Source of the DNA: Rhodospirillaceae bacterium
GTDB taxonomy: Bacteria > Pseudomonadota > Alphaproteobacteria > UBA7985
Direction of reading: 5' to 3'
Length of the DNA: 40,297 nucleotides
Assembly (NCBI GenBank): GCA_002700865.1
Contig: PAFB01000141.1
Coordinates: forward strand, 1-40,297
Below the pieces are notes generated by a model. That model did not search any database. It was not told where the DNA came from and saw nothing but the letters and a program-made list of their open reading frames with translations. The translations under genes and the position numbers were made by a program. Shown one piece after another: positions 9,717 to 19,225 of this stretch. Every line of letters starts with the position of its first letter. Positions within the stretch are counted from its first letter, which is position 1.

Positions 9717-10691
9717 ATGAAAGTCATCGAATACAACCGGATTGGTAATCCAGCCGACGTCCTTGAGATCAAGGAAGTACCCTCGCGTGCGCCGGCGGGC
9801 GGGTGAAGTTCGCGTGCAGGTTCTGGCGACCCCCATTCACCCGTCCAACTTGCTTCAGATTGCCGGTCTGTACGGCACCATGGCAACGTTTCCGTCGACC
9901 CCGGGTGCCGAAGGCGTCGGTGCGGTGGTGGAGATTGGTGAAGGTGTCAGTCATTTGCAGGCAGGCCAAAAGGTATTGCTGGCAGGTGTTGGCGGCACAT
10001 GGCGCGAAGAGATTACAGCACCGGCACAGGCTTTCATCCCTGTTCCCGATGGCGATCTGGACCAACTGTCCATGGCAGTCATCAACCCCATGACCGCTCA
10101 TTTACTTCTCACCGCAATAACAGACCTGAAAGAGGGCGATTGGATCATCCAGAGTGCGGCGAATTCAGCGGTTGGCGAATACCTGATTCAATTGGCGGCG
10201 CAGAGGGGCATCAATACGATCAACGCGGTGCGACGCGAAAGCTGGCCCCTGAGCTTAAGTCACTGGGTGCAACTGTTGTTCTGGTCGATGGGCCCAATCT
10301 GGTTGACGAGGCGCAAGCGGCGACCGGCGGCGCTGACATTGTTTACGGCATTGACAGCGTGGGTGGAGAAACCTTTTCCCGGATGTTACAAACCCTGTGC
10401 TTCGGCGGAACCCTTGCTTCCTATGGCTTGCTGTCAATGCAGCAACCTTCACTGGATCTGTCCAAAGTCATTTTCAACGATATTCGTGTCAAAGGCTTTT
10501 GATTGGCCAAATGGTTTGAAACCGCTTCTCCCGAAGACAAACAAACAGCGTTTGGCACGATCATCCCGCTCATCGCAGGCGGCAGCATCAAATCGACCAT
10601 CGACGCCCGCTTCAAGCTTGAAGACATCGCCAAAGCGGTGACTCGGGCAGGAGAGTCAGGACGCGGCGGCAAAGTGCTTTTGACGCCTTGA
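9717..10691 (+). pseudogene. Disrupted MDR-family NADPH oxidoreductase (2-enoyl-thioester/quinone reductase-like)
   Basis: MKVIEY..GNPADVL, +1 shift near 9798, GEVRV..PIHPSNL..PGAEGVG..INPMTA..QSAANSAVG, -1 shift near 10242, LAPELK..IDSVGG, in-frame TGA at 10500-10502 in GF*L (family GFWL), then GGKVLL. Confidence 0.85.
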
Positions 10692-10702
10692 TTGACGTCA
10701 AG

Positions 10703-10736
10703 GCCGGGCGGTGCGCCCTTCACAGCGCCGCCCGGC
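10703..10736. terminator. GC-rich hairpin between convergent genes
   Basis: GCCGGGCGGTGC...GCGCCGCCCGGC, a 12-bp stem with one G-U pair and no clear U-tract. Confidence 0.4.
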
Positions 10737-10767
10737 AGACCGCGACTTGAGCGCGTACGCCGCGCGG

Positions 10768-11736
10768 TCAGGCCACCATTTCTTCAATCAGTTTCTGGAT
10801 GGCGAGAGCATCATTGAAGGATGCGAGCCTCTGCTGACGGGTATCAAATTGGACCGCCAACTGATCCAACTGTCCGTGATAGGCAGCGATTGGCAAGTGC
10901 TGGTTTGCGTCCAGAACCGTTTCAGTGCCCGCTGTACTTTCAAGGATCAGATTGTACCAGTTATCGAACCTCAGACACCCTTTGCTGCCCAGAATTCTAT
11001 AGCTCGCCGTGTCATGCCGCTCGCCCCCGACGACACCCGAAACCGTCACTCGACCCAAGGCCGTATCCCAAATTGCCAGCATGACGGTTTCTGAGCCTTC
11101 CTGCGGCGGCTCAAATCGCGCTAAAACCGGACCGCTCAGGCTTGGCATTCCCAGTAAGAGCAGCGTCAAATAGGCGTGGTGCGAGATCATTTCTCGGGTG
11201 AAACCGCCTTCGGCCCGTGTTGATAACCAGTGCGCATGGGCTTGAAATGCGCGCGGCCAGCGGCTCAAACGTACATCGAGTTCGGCTCCCACAATGTCAC
11301 CGATGGTGCCTTCATCAATCAGCTGTTTGGCGCGGAGCGCGGCGGGCGCGCCGGAATAGACAAAATTGACAGCCTGCTCCAAGCCACTGGCGTTCATTTC
11401 TCGGGTGAGCCCTGTACTGTCTTCGATATCGACCCCAAGGGGCTTTTCACAGAAGATCCTCCACCCTTTCGCAATGCCGTGACGGACATACTCAGCGTGC
11501 GATTTTGGCGGTGTGCTGACGTACAGGACGTCGATGTCATCTCGGGAAAGCACAGCCTCAAAATCGTTGGTGCTGCTGATGTCAGGTGCCTGTTCACGGA
11601 ACGCTGATAGTGCAGATGCCGACGCATCAAACCCGATGACGGGCTCAAAGCGATCGTGGTTTTGCATGGTCCCGATCATGCGGGTTCCAACGGCACCTAG
11701 GCCAACAACGGCCACTCTATAGGTCTTTTGATTCAT
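10768..11736 (-). CDS. Gfo/Idh/MocA-family NAD(P) oxidoreductase
   Basis: VAVVGLGAVG, DIDVLYVSTPPKSH, CEKP and GGFTREMISH. Confidence 0.9.
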   Translation of the reverse strand: MNQKTYRVAVVGLGAVGTRMIGTMQNHDRFEPVIGFDASASALSAFREQAPDISSTNDFEAVLSRDDIDVLYVSTPPKSHAEYVRHGIAKGWRIFCEKPLGVDIEDSTGLTREMNASGLEQAVNFVYSGAPAALRAKQLIDEGTIGDIVGAELDVRLSRWPRAFQAHAHWLSTRAEGGFTREMISHHAYLTLLLLGMPSLSGPVLARFEPPQEGSETVMLAIWDTALGRVTVSGVVGGERHDTASYRILGSKGCLRFDNWYNLILESTAGTETVLDANQHLPIAAYHGQLDQLAVQFDTRQQRLASFNDALAIQKLIEEMVA

Positions 11737-11802
11737 CGTTCCCCTGCCTTTGGCCCGCTTGATTAGAGCAGCTGAGCCGAATGTATGCCCTGATCACGGT
11801 GT

Positions 11803-12585
11803 TCAGAGGGTCTGTGCCTTGAACCACCGTTTTCGGCGATCACGGACCTCAAGCCAAAAAACCACACCAACACATAGGGCTGTCCACGCCAACCAGCTTG
11901 CTACCCAGACGGCCTCTGGCACGCCAGTCAATACGGCCAGACCTGCGGCGTCTGAGTACTCGCCAAAACCAAAGAGGTAGGAAACTGAGCGCAGTCCACC
12001 GGTAATCATCGTTGCCGCTACGATCCGCTGCACCCAGTCTACGGGAATGTATCGTTTGAGCACCGTTGCACAGATCAGCGCGAGCATGAGCAGGCTCAGA
12101 ACAAGGATGGCCCCGATAGACAGGGTTGTTGCGGGGTCTGCCTTGGGCAACAATAACAAGGCAAGGGTCAAGACGATGGCAACGGCAAGCAAGGTGCCTT
12201 GCGTTTCCAACCCGCGGTCATTGGCTTCCCAATAAAGGAAGGCACCAACCAAAGGCGGCATGGCATAGCCAACCCAGCCGATGGGAAAGGCCGCGCTGTT
12301 GAGCATATATGACACGCTGCCGCCGCCATCCCAGTAAAGGTTGAACTCCAGAATTTCGCTTGTGCTGGCCAAGACAACCAAGGCATGGCCGAACTCGTGG
12401 AAAAAGGTGTCGAACCATTCAAACCAAATGCTGATTGGGATCAGCACCAGCCCGAGCGGGCCCAGCATCCCGCTGAACTGGATCAAGATCAGGCTCACAA
12501 GCGCAGCAATCGCCATTTCCCTTGCGACTTTTCGGCGAAAGGCGGGAGGCTGGGGCGGGTTGGATGGCGTTTCTGAATCAGACAT
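11803..12585 (-). CDS. M50B-like membrane metallopeptidase
   Basis: TFFHEFGHAL (HExxH), GY..P and a late SDA ligand motif. Several TM segments. Confidence 0.85.
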   Translation of the reverse strand: MSDSETPSNPPQPPAFRRKVAREMAIAALVSLILIQFSGMLGPLGLVLIPISIWFEWFDTFFHEFGHALVVLASTSEILEFNLYWDGGGSVSYMLNSAAFPIGWVGYAMPPLVGAFLYWEANDRGLETQGTLLAVAIVLTLALLLLPKADPATTLSIGAILVLSLLMLALICATVLKRYIPVDWVQRIVAATMITGGLRSVSYLFGFGEYSDAAGLAVLTGVPEAVWVASWLAWTALCVGVVFWLEVRDRRKRWFKAQTL

Positions 12586-12811
12586 AAGTCAACCATTCTG
12601 CATATTGCGTGCGGGGCAGCATAATTATGTCTTTTGCATTAATCCATATCACGCCGATAGGCGCTGAAAGCCAAATCCGCTCAAAGCGCCCTGCCAGACC
12701 GACTGCTTATTCTCGATTTCGACCGTAAACTTTGAAGTCTTACTGGACAGCACACGGGCAGTCCTGTTTTTTCATGGCGTTAATTCGGGGCTGTCAGGGA
12801 GGCGGAGCGGC

Positions 12812-14020
12812 GTGACTCGGACGCGAACAACGAGCTTGGCAACGCACGTCCTGCGCTCAAACAACAGATTTGCGGTGCTGAGTTGCCTGCGAGCCAACGG
12901 GCCCCTGTCTCGTGCAGCCTTGGCCGAGGCCCTTCAACTGAGCGCGCCTACCCTCACCAACATCACCAACCAGCTCATTGAAGAAGGGGCTTTAGAGGTC
13001 GCTACTGAGCAACCGGCCAGCAATACCGGTTACGGTCGACCGAGGGTCAATTTGCAACTTTCTGGACAGCATTCCTACGTTGCAACCTGCATAATGACCT
13101 TCAATGGCGTGGTGGTCGAAGTGATCAATTTTGCAGGGGAGGCGGTGAGTCAGACATCCTCCGCCCAAGTCATCCAGAACCTGGACGGGCACCATCTGTC
13201 CAAGCTGGTGCAGGATTTGGTCGCCCAAGCCGCTCACGCCTCAGACGTTGCAATCGAAAAGCTCTGCATTTCTATCCAGGGCGTAACCACCGCCGAACAC
13301 AGCGAGATATTGTGGTCTCCGGTTGTTTTCGATGATGCCCTGAACTTCCCACAACTCATTGAACAAGAGATGGGAATCCCGGTTTTTGTCGCGAACGATG
13401 CTGCGATGATGGCTCAGGGAATCCACGCCCGAAATGGTTTTGCCGAAAATAGCTTTGCTGCCGTGCTGATGTCCTACGGGATTGGCCTGGGTCTTTATCG
13501 TGAGGGAACAGCCTTTGTCGGCAACAGTTCCAGTGCCGCGGAAATGGGTCATTTGCCTTACATCGCCGGAGGCGCGAAGTGCCGGTGCGGTAAGCAAGGC
13601 TGCATCGAGGCTTACGCCAGCGACTACGCTATTCTCCGGCGCTCACAGGGATTGCCCACCAGCGAGTTGATCGCAGACCGCGTCAGCAACGATGACATCA
13701 CGGCAATCTATCAGCGCGCCGAAGCCGGGGATCAAGCGGCAAAAGCTGCTGTGCTGGACGCTGCAAAGGCGCTTGGTTTTGCCCTGGCCTCGCTGTTTTC
13801 CATCTTCGATGCTTTCCCCGTGGTCTTTGTTGGCCCTGCTGCGCGGTTACTGCCGCTGATGGAACCGCAACTGCGGCTCAGCCTTCGCGAAAACTTCAGG
13901 ATCAACCGGCGGGTTGATGTCAGCTTTACAGTGCTGGAGGACGATCAGGCGTTATCGCTGGCGGGCACAAAAGCCTACGCGCTGACGAAAGTTGACCGCC
14001 AGTTGGCGGACCAACGCTAA
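12812..14020 (+). CDS. ROK-family transcriptional repressor (NagC/XylR-like)
   Basis: N-terminal HTH LSRAALA..LS.PTLT.IT..LI..G, GRP, VANDA, GIGLG and EMGH..C.CG..GCIE. Confidence 0.92.
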   Translation: MTRTRTTSLATHVLRSNNRFAVLSCLRANGPLSRAALAEALQLSAPTLTNITNQLIEEGALEVATEQPASNTGYGRPRVNLQLSGQHSYVATCIMTFNGVVVEVINFAGEAVSQTSSAQVIQNLDGHHLSKLVQDLVAQAAHASDVAIEKLCISIQGVTTAEHSEILWSPVVFDDALNFPQLIEQEMGIPVFVANDAAMMAQGIHARNGFAENSFAAVLMSYGIGLGLYREGTAFVGNSSSAAEMGHLPYIAGGAKCRCGKQGCIEAYASDYAILRRSQGLPTSELIADRVSNDDITAIYQRAEAGDQAAKAAVLDAAKALGFALASLFSIFDAFPVVFVGPAARLLPLMEPQLRLSLRENFRINRRVDVSFTVLEDDQALSLAGTKAYALTKVDRQLADQR

Positions 14021-14045
14021 CGACGCCAAGACGCGACGACGCCAA

Positions 14046-15218
14046 TCAGAACTCGTAAAACGTGGTATTGCCGTGAAAGGTAATCCAACTGCGGACGAAT
14101 TGCTGATAGCTTTGCACCAAAGTCAGCTGCTGCCCCTTAAGTGCGCCCTCTGTGCACTGGCCGAAATGGTTCCACATGGACCCTGTTCCGAGGTCACGAA
14201 TACCCGCTTCAGTGCGCTCGAATTCCAGAATTTCAGCGCCATGCCTGCGGTCGTACACAAACCCGGACGTCTGGTCAGGGTCGACCAGAACGAGCAGGGC
14301 ATGGTCTCCGACTTGATCCTGCACGAGACCCCTTCCCTGCAACTGGGACCAGTCGTAGGCGCGGGCGTGCTCGCCCAAGTCGACGCCAATGACCAAAGGC
14401 GGCGAACCGACCATGTGCCAGGCGGGTTTGCTGGCCTCGTAGTTGAGCAGCTTGCCGAAGAACTCGTATCGGTGCGTGAAGGTCGGGTCATACTGCAAGA
14501 CCAGCGACTCAGGGTACTTTGTCAGCCAATTACCCAAGGTCATCTGCTCACAGGGGTAATCCTCAAGAACGCGTCCCTTCAGCGGTCCTTTTGCGGCCTC
14601 ACCGGTCTCCTGCCGCCACCAGGTACCGGTTTCACTGTCCCGGAAGGTGGCATTGAAGGAAACCGCGCCAACCAGTGTCAGCGTCAGCGGTCGGCCATCA
14701 ACCACGGTGTCATAAACCCGGCCACTCTGGCACAGGCCACAGTACGTGATCCACAGCGGCTTGTTGCCGACGGTATCGGGGATTTGGTGGTGCCAGTAGA
14801 CCATATTTGCCGGGAAGGCCTTGGCCTCGCCGTCAACGACAACCCCAATGATTTGCAGCCCAAGATCGACCTTGTTTTCAGCAGCGCCAACGAAGGTTTT
14901 CTGCGTGATCAGCGGAAACTTGATCCGGCCAACCCACCAACGATTGAACAACCAATAGACCCCCAACCAGAGCGCCAGCAGTGGCACAGCCCAGAGAACC
15001 ATGCTCAGGCGATCCGCCGCTGGGACCAGCAGCGCAGAACCAGCGATGGCCAGTCCGGCCACCACGCGCATCGCGCCAATGGTGGACCACATGAAGTAGG
15101 CGAGATCCATCTGCCAGGAAAAACGCTGCAGGACGGGCGGCGTGCCGTTGGCGCTGAGGCCCTTGATCAACTCCAAGGCAGCGATAAGCAATAGCAGGAC
15201 GACAAATACGGTAAGCAC
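14046..15218 (-). CDS. DUF3179-family membrane-anchored protein, copy 2 (CxxC)
   Basis: Colinear paralog of 3285..4460 (KGLSANGTPP, TYCGLCQSGRVYD, TGTWWRQETGEAAKG, RSWITFH). GTG start. Confidence 0.8.
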   Translation of the reverse strand: MLTVFVVLLLLIAALELIKGLSANGTPPVLQRFSWQMDLAYFMWSTIGAMRVVAGLAIAGSALLVPAADRLSMVLWAVPLLALWLGVYWLFNRWWVGRIKFPLITQKTFVGAAENKVDLGLQIIGVVVDGEAKAFPANMVYWHHQIPDTVGNKPLWITYCGLCQSGRVYDTVVDGRPLTLTLVGAVSFNATFRDSETGTWWRQETGEAAKGPLKGRVLEDYPCEQMTLGNWLTKYPESLVLQYDPTFTHRYEFFGKLLNYEASKPAWHMVGSPPLVIGVDLGEHARAYDWSQLQGRGLVQDQVGDHALLVLVDPDQTSGFVYDRRHGAEILEFERTEAGIRDLGTGSMWNHFGQCTEGALKGQQLTLVQSYQQFVRSWITFHGNTTFYEF

Positions 15219-15281
15219 TGTTGTTTCCTAGATGGTCTGGTCAAAAATCAGGATCGCAGCACCCAAGCAACGACAGTGCGA

Positions 15282-16379
15282 TCACGGACTCCGGTAGGCC
15301 TGCCCCAACTTGTTCCATAAATCGAGGAAGATTTCATCCCGCTGCACATCATAAGCTTCCCGCATCGGATGCCGGTCATCGCTTTTCGCCCAGAACAGGT
15401 CGTCCGTCAGCTTCGGCGACGTGGTCATGAAGGTGGCAACCCAGCTTGGGTTGATCAGCCAGGCGATGTTAATGATGTCCCAGATGACCCAAGTCCGCTT
15501 CTCCCTGTTGGTTATCGCGAACATGTCGTGCAGCGGATTGTGCGTGAACAGGTGAAACAGGTAGTCAGCAACGTCGCTTTGTCCCTTCACGTAATCCCGC
15601 ATTTCAGCGAACGAAATCTTGAGCTGCGCACCCACGTGATAACCGGGCAGGTAAACGTGGGGTACGCCGCAGTCGAACAGCAGCCGCGATGCGTGGACAT
15701 CTTGAACCAGATTGAGCGAAGGTCGATTGTTGTGCGGTGCGTGAGACGGGAAGGATGAGGTCCAAATCACCACAATATTCTCTCGGATATCAGGCGCTTT
15801 GAGGATGGCCGAAGCGATGTTGGTGACGCAGCCCATAGCCGCGATGTACAGCGACTGGTCGGTCTTTCGGGCGAGCTCGATAATGGTGTCAACAGCCTCG
15901 GATTCGACGATGTCGGTTTCATGGGCCATGTACCGGGTCGCCCCGCGGAATACCCGGCCCGCATGAGGTTCCTTCATCTTGTCGAAGATCGTGATGATTT
16001 CCTGATAACTCAGCTCCATACCTTCATCGGGCAAGGTGAAGTTTAGGTCTGCCGCCCGCCGTCCCTGTGCGTGCAGGCGCTCGATCCAGCCTTGGAACCC
16101 GCCCACCAAATATTCTGAATAAGCCTTGCCGCTCTCAATCGCTTGTTCGGCGGCGAGCAGGCCGGGCTTATGATGAGCGAAGGAAAACGGCTCGGCTGTC
16201 ACGGCCTCCACCGTCATATGGTCGGGCGAAAGCAATGCCCAGGCTACGGCGTATTGGTCATCAATCTCGTTCGCCGTGTCAGTATCAATAAGCAAACGCA
16301 CCGGCTGGTCTGTCGGCAGTTTCAGGCGTTCTTCGATCAGAGCTTTGGATAGGGGTTCAAAGCCTTGTTGGGCGGACAT
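15282..16379 (-). CDS. Nucleoside hydrolase (IU-NH family) with an internal insertion
   Basis: LIDTDTANEIDD Ca-binding motif, AMGCVTNIASA, NLVQD and WVIWDI. Start set at MSAQQ, immediately after the GntR stop. Confidence 0.88.
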   Translation of the reverse strand: MSAQQGFEPLSKALIEERLKLPTDQPVRLLIDTDTANEIDDQYAVAWALLSPDHMTVEAVTAEPFSFAHHKPGLLAAEQAIESGKAYSEYLVGGFQGWIERLHAQGRRAADLNFTLPDEGMELSYQEIITIFDKMKEPHAGRVFRGATRYMAHETDIVESEAVDTIIELARKTDQSLYIAAMGCVTNIASAILKAPDIRENIVVIWTSSFPSHAPHNNRPSLNLVQDVHASRLLFDCGVPHVYLPGYHVGAQLKISFAEMRDYVKGQSDVADYLFHLFTHNPLHDMFAITNREKRTWVIWDIINIAWLINPSWVATFMTTSPKLTDDLFWAKSDDRHPMREAYDVQRDEIFLDLWNKLGQAYRSP

Positions 16380-16380
16380 A

Positions 16381-17148
16381 CTACAGCTCCTGTGCGATTG
16401 GACTGGTGTGCCGAAGCTGGCGTGTCGATTGCGCAAGGTTAAAGCTCACAGACCCCATGCGAAGCACTTCTTCATGGAAGACGATTTTGCCGTCATCGTC
16501 GAAAGCCGAGCACGCTTGCTTGAGCAGCGGCTGGCCCACCGGCATGGCAAACATCTCTGCCAGCGGCGCGTCAGCCAGAATCGGGCTGATGTCCTCACAA
16601 GCCGCCGACCATGTCAGAGCGAAACGGTCACTCAGGATGCGCAGGATCGACTGATTGGGGCCAAGCTCGGGAAAATCTTCCGGGCGCGCGCCGTCGAGAT
16701 ACTGGGTTGGCGCGTAAGTTTGGACGAGCATGCTGGGCCGATTATCCACCAGCCGCAGCCGCACAACACGCGTGACCGGCAGCGCTCTCAACTCAGCAGG
16801 CAGCGCCGCAAGACTGGGGTCATCGGGTGCAAAGTGATCGATCGAAATGAACTTGGACCGCGGCTCGAGACCCGCCCGCAACATGGCGTCGGTAAAGGAC
16901 GTCAGACAGGTGTCGGAGGCTGGCGTCAGCGTGATCACCCGGTAGCCGCTACCCTGGCGGCTCTCGACGTAACCATCCTGAATCAGCATATCGAGCGCGC
17001 GTCGGATGGTTACCCGGCTCACACCGAATTGCCCGGCCAATTCCACTTCGGTCGGCACGCGTCCACCAACTGGATAATGCCCGTCTTTCAGTCGTTTGAG
17101 GATCGAGCGGTAGGTACGCTCGTACTTTGGCACGCTATCAGTTTCCAT
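16381..17148 (-). CDS. GntR-family regulator, HutC/UTRA subfamily
   Basis: YPVGGRVPTEVELAGQFGVSRVTIRRAL..L..DG..ESRQGSG HTH plus a UTRA-like C-terminal domain. Confidence 0.92.
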   Translation of the reverse strand: METDSVPKYERTYRSILKRLKDGHYPVGGRVPTEVELAGQFGVSRVTIRRALDMLIQDGYVESRQGSGYRVITLTPASDTCLTSFTDAMLRAGLEPRSKFISIDHFAPDDPSLAALPAELRALPVTRVVRLRLVDNRPSMLVQTYAPTQYLDGARPEDFPELGPNQSILRILSDRFALTWSAACEDISPILADAPLAEMFAMPVGQPLLKQACSAFDDDGKIVFHEEVLRMGSVSFNLAQSTRQLRHTSPIAQEL

Positions 17149-17195
17149 TGGTTCTGTTTCCCTGTTTTCCTCGAAGGTCGCTTTCCGGGCGATGC

Positions 17196-18860
17196 TTAGG
17201 TTTGTGGGTTACGCTCGGCCTTACGGAGAAGGCGTCGATTGATCTTTCCGGACGACGTCATGGGAAAATCTGTCACAAAGACAACTTCTCGGGGTGCCTT
17301 GTAACCGCCCAGCGCGTCACGGACATGGTGGCGGAGGGTGTCTGCTAGCACGGTGTCACCACTCACCCCGACGTGCAGCTTGATCAGAGCCTTGACGATG
17401 GCGCCACGGTCGGGGTCGGGCTTGCCGATCACTGCCACCTCTGCAACGGCAGAATGGGCAAGCAGGCATTCTTCGATCTCTGCCGGTCCGATACGGAAGC
17501 CTGACGACTTGATCAGGTCGTCCGACCGGCCTTTGTACCAGTAGTATCCATCGCGATCTCGGACCGCGATATCGTTGGTACGCAAAAACGCCCCAAGGCT
17601 CATTTCTGCAGTTTTTTGCGGATCACGGTAGTAGCCCAGAAAGCGGGTTGGGGAAGTGTCTGGCGTGACGATTTCGCCCTCCTCGCCCTCGGCCACTTCG
17701 TTGCCCTGAGCGTCAACCAGTCTGACATCGTGGCCGGGATAAGCCCGCCCCATGGAACCCGGCCTGCGCGGAAACAAAGCCGCGCAGTTGCCGATCAGGT
17801 GATTGACCTCGGTCATGCCGTAAAACTCATTACAGACCGCGCCCAGCCGGGTTTCCACCCATTGTAACGTTTCCGCCGCCAACGCTTCACCGCCGGTACA
17901 AATGACACGCAGGTTCAGGTCATAATGCTGATTTGGGTGCGCTGTCTGCGCCAGCCGTTTGATGGCCGTTGGTGCGAGGAAGACATGCGTGACGCGGTGC
18001 CGCTCCATGAAAGCGTAGGCCTGTTCTGCCTTGAATCGCGCCAGACTGGTTGCCACGGGGCGGCCTGCCATCCAGGCTGGAAACAGCATATCCAGCAGTC
18101 CGCCAACCCACGCCCAGTCCGAGGGTGAGTAGTAGACCGCGTCCTCGTCTTCCATCGCAAGGTTGAAGAACAGATTGATCGAAGGCGCGTATGCCGCCAG
18201 TACCCGATGCGCGTGCAAAATACCCTTGGGCTTTCCGGTCGAACCGGAGGTGTACATCAGCAGCGCTGGATCATCGCGACCTGTGTAGGCTGGCTCAAAG
18301 TCAGCCGGGGCCGGGGTTTCAAGGCTCAGCCCGAGATCGTGCTCGTCCGGCGCAGGGTCGCGGCACAGGACGTGGCGCAGATGCGGGACGTCTTCGGCAA
18401 GGCTTGCACGCAAGGGCGACCAGGCCGCATCCGTGGTCAGAATAACCGGAAGCGCACAGTCATTCATCGCGTGCTTTATGGTGTCGGGGCCGTACAACTG
18501 GGACAAGGTAACGGCAACACCACCAAGTTTACAGACTGCCATATGGGCAATACCGGTGTCAGGGGATTGGCCGGTGTGAATGCCGATCAGGGCGCCCGGT
18601 CCATACCCTAAAGCCTTGAGCTTGGCCGCCAAATTAGTCGCCGCCGCGTCAATGTCAGCGAAAGTCTGAACCTGCACGGAGCCATCTTCACGCTCATACA
18701 CCATCGCAGGCTTATCGCGGCGTTCAGGGCTCAGGTGTCGCCCGACTGTCATATGGAAAATGTTGCTCTCCGGGGCAACGGCGATCTCATAGCCCATGCC
18801 GGCTTGCCGGAGATTCATGGCGGGTAGCAGCGCTTCGGGAATGGAAAAAGATGAGGTCAT
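17196..18860 (-). CDS. AMP-forming acyl-CoA synthetase (short/medium-chain type)
   Basis: YTSGSTGKPKG, DWAWVGG, TGGEAL, EFYGMTE, GRSDDLIKSSGFRIGP.EIE and TSSGKI.R. Confidence 0.93.
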   Translation of the reverse strand: MTSSFSIPEALLPAMNLRQAGMGYEIAVAPESNIFHMTVGRHLSPERRDKPAMVYEREDGSVQVQTFADIDAAATNLAAKLKALGYGPGALIGIHTGQSPDTGIAHMAVCKLGGVAVTLSQLYGPDTIKHAMNDCALPVILTTDAAWSPLRASLAEDVPHLRHVLCRDPAPDEHDLGLSLETPAPADFEPAYTGRDDPALLMYTSGSTGKPKGILHAHRVLAAYAPSINLFFNLAMEDEDAVYYSPSDWAWVGGLLDMLFPAWMAGRPVATSLARFKAEQAYAFMERHRVTHVFLAPTAIKRLAQTAHPNQHYDLNLRVICTGGEALAAETLQWVETRLGAVCNEFYGMTEVNHLIGNCAALFPRRPGSMGRAYPGHDVRLVDAQGNEVAEGEEGEIVTPDTSPTRFLGYYRDPQKTAEMSLGAFLRTNDIAVRDRDGYYWYKGRSDDLIKSSGFRIGPAEIEECLLAHSAVAEVAVIGKPDPDRGAIVKALIKLHVGVSGDTVLADTLRHHVRDALGGYKAPREVVFVTDFPMTSSGKINRRLLRKAERNPQT

Positions 18861-19225
18861 GCTGTGTCCTCCAACCCTAAAACCAGCCGCGGCGGGTCAC
18901 TGGCCTGCAACACAAGGGGAGACTGGGCCACAGTCGCCGTGGATTGCAGGGCAACGGTGGTCAGTCCGTCAGCGCCGTCAAACTGGGCAAGGGCAAAGTC
19001 GCCGTCGAGCCCGCTGGTCCGGGTTATCACTGTCGCCCTACCGGACAAGATCACCCACTCACCCTCTGCACTGCCGCACGTGCACGTCCGCAAGGGTGGA
19101 AAGCTGACCCGCCCACAGGCTGCGCACACCCGCGCGACCGCCCGACCTTGAGTGAGCCCTTCGACAAAGGGCGATAGCCAGCCAGCCTTCAGGTCATATT
19201 CCAGTGGCAGATGAACCGTTGTCAT
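18857..19225 (-). CDS. DUF35 Zn-ribbon/OB-fold protein (thiolase partner)
   Basis: CAACGRVSFPP..CTCG zinc ribbon followed by W..LSG.ATV. 4-nt overlaps with both neighbours. Confidence 0.85.
   Translation of the reverse strand: MTTVHLPLEYDLKAGWLSPFVEGLTQGRAVARVCAACGRVSFPPLRTCTCGSAEGEWVILSGRATVITRTSGLDGDFALAQFDGADGLTTVALQSTATVAQSPLVLQASDPPRLVLGLEDTA

Noticed and set aside
10500-10502. In-frame TGA as selenocysteine or recoded Trp
   Set aside because: It falls at a Trp position of the family motif, the gene has two additional frameshifts, and TGA is a normal stop in neighbouring genes.
13992-15194. Long antisense ORFs (also 3483..4490, 16276..17199, 23851..24747, 26148..27143, 29854..30867, 36192..37067)
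   Set aside because: Shadows of recognisable genes on the opposite strand in GC-rich DNA, with no motifs of their own.
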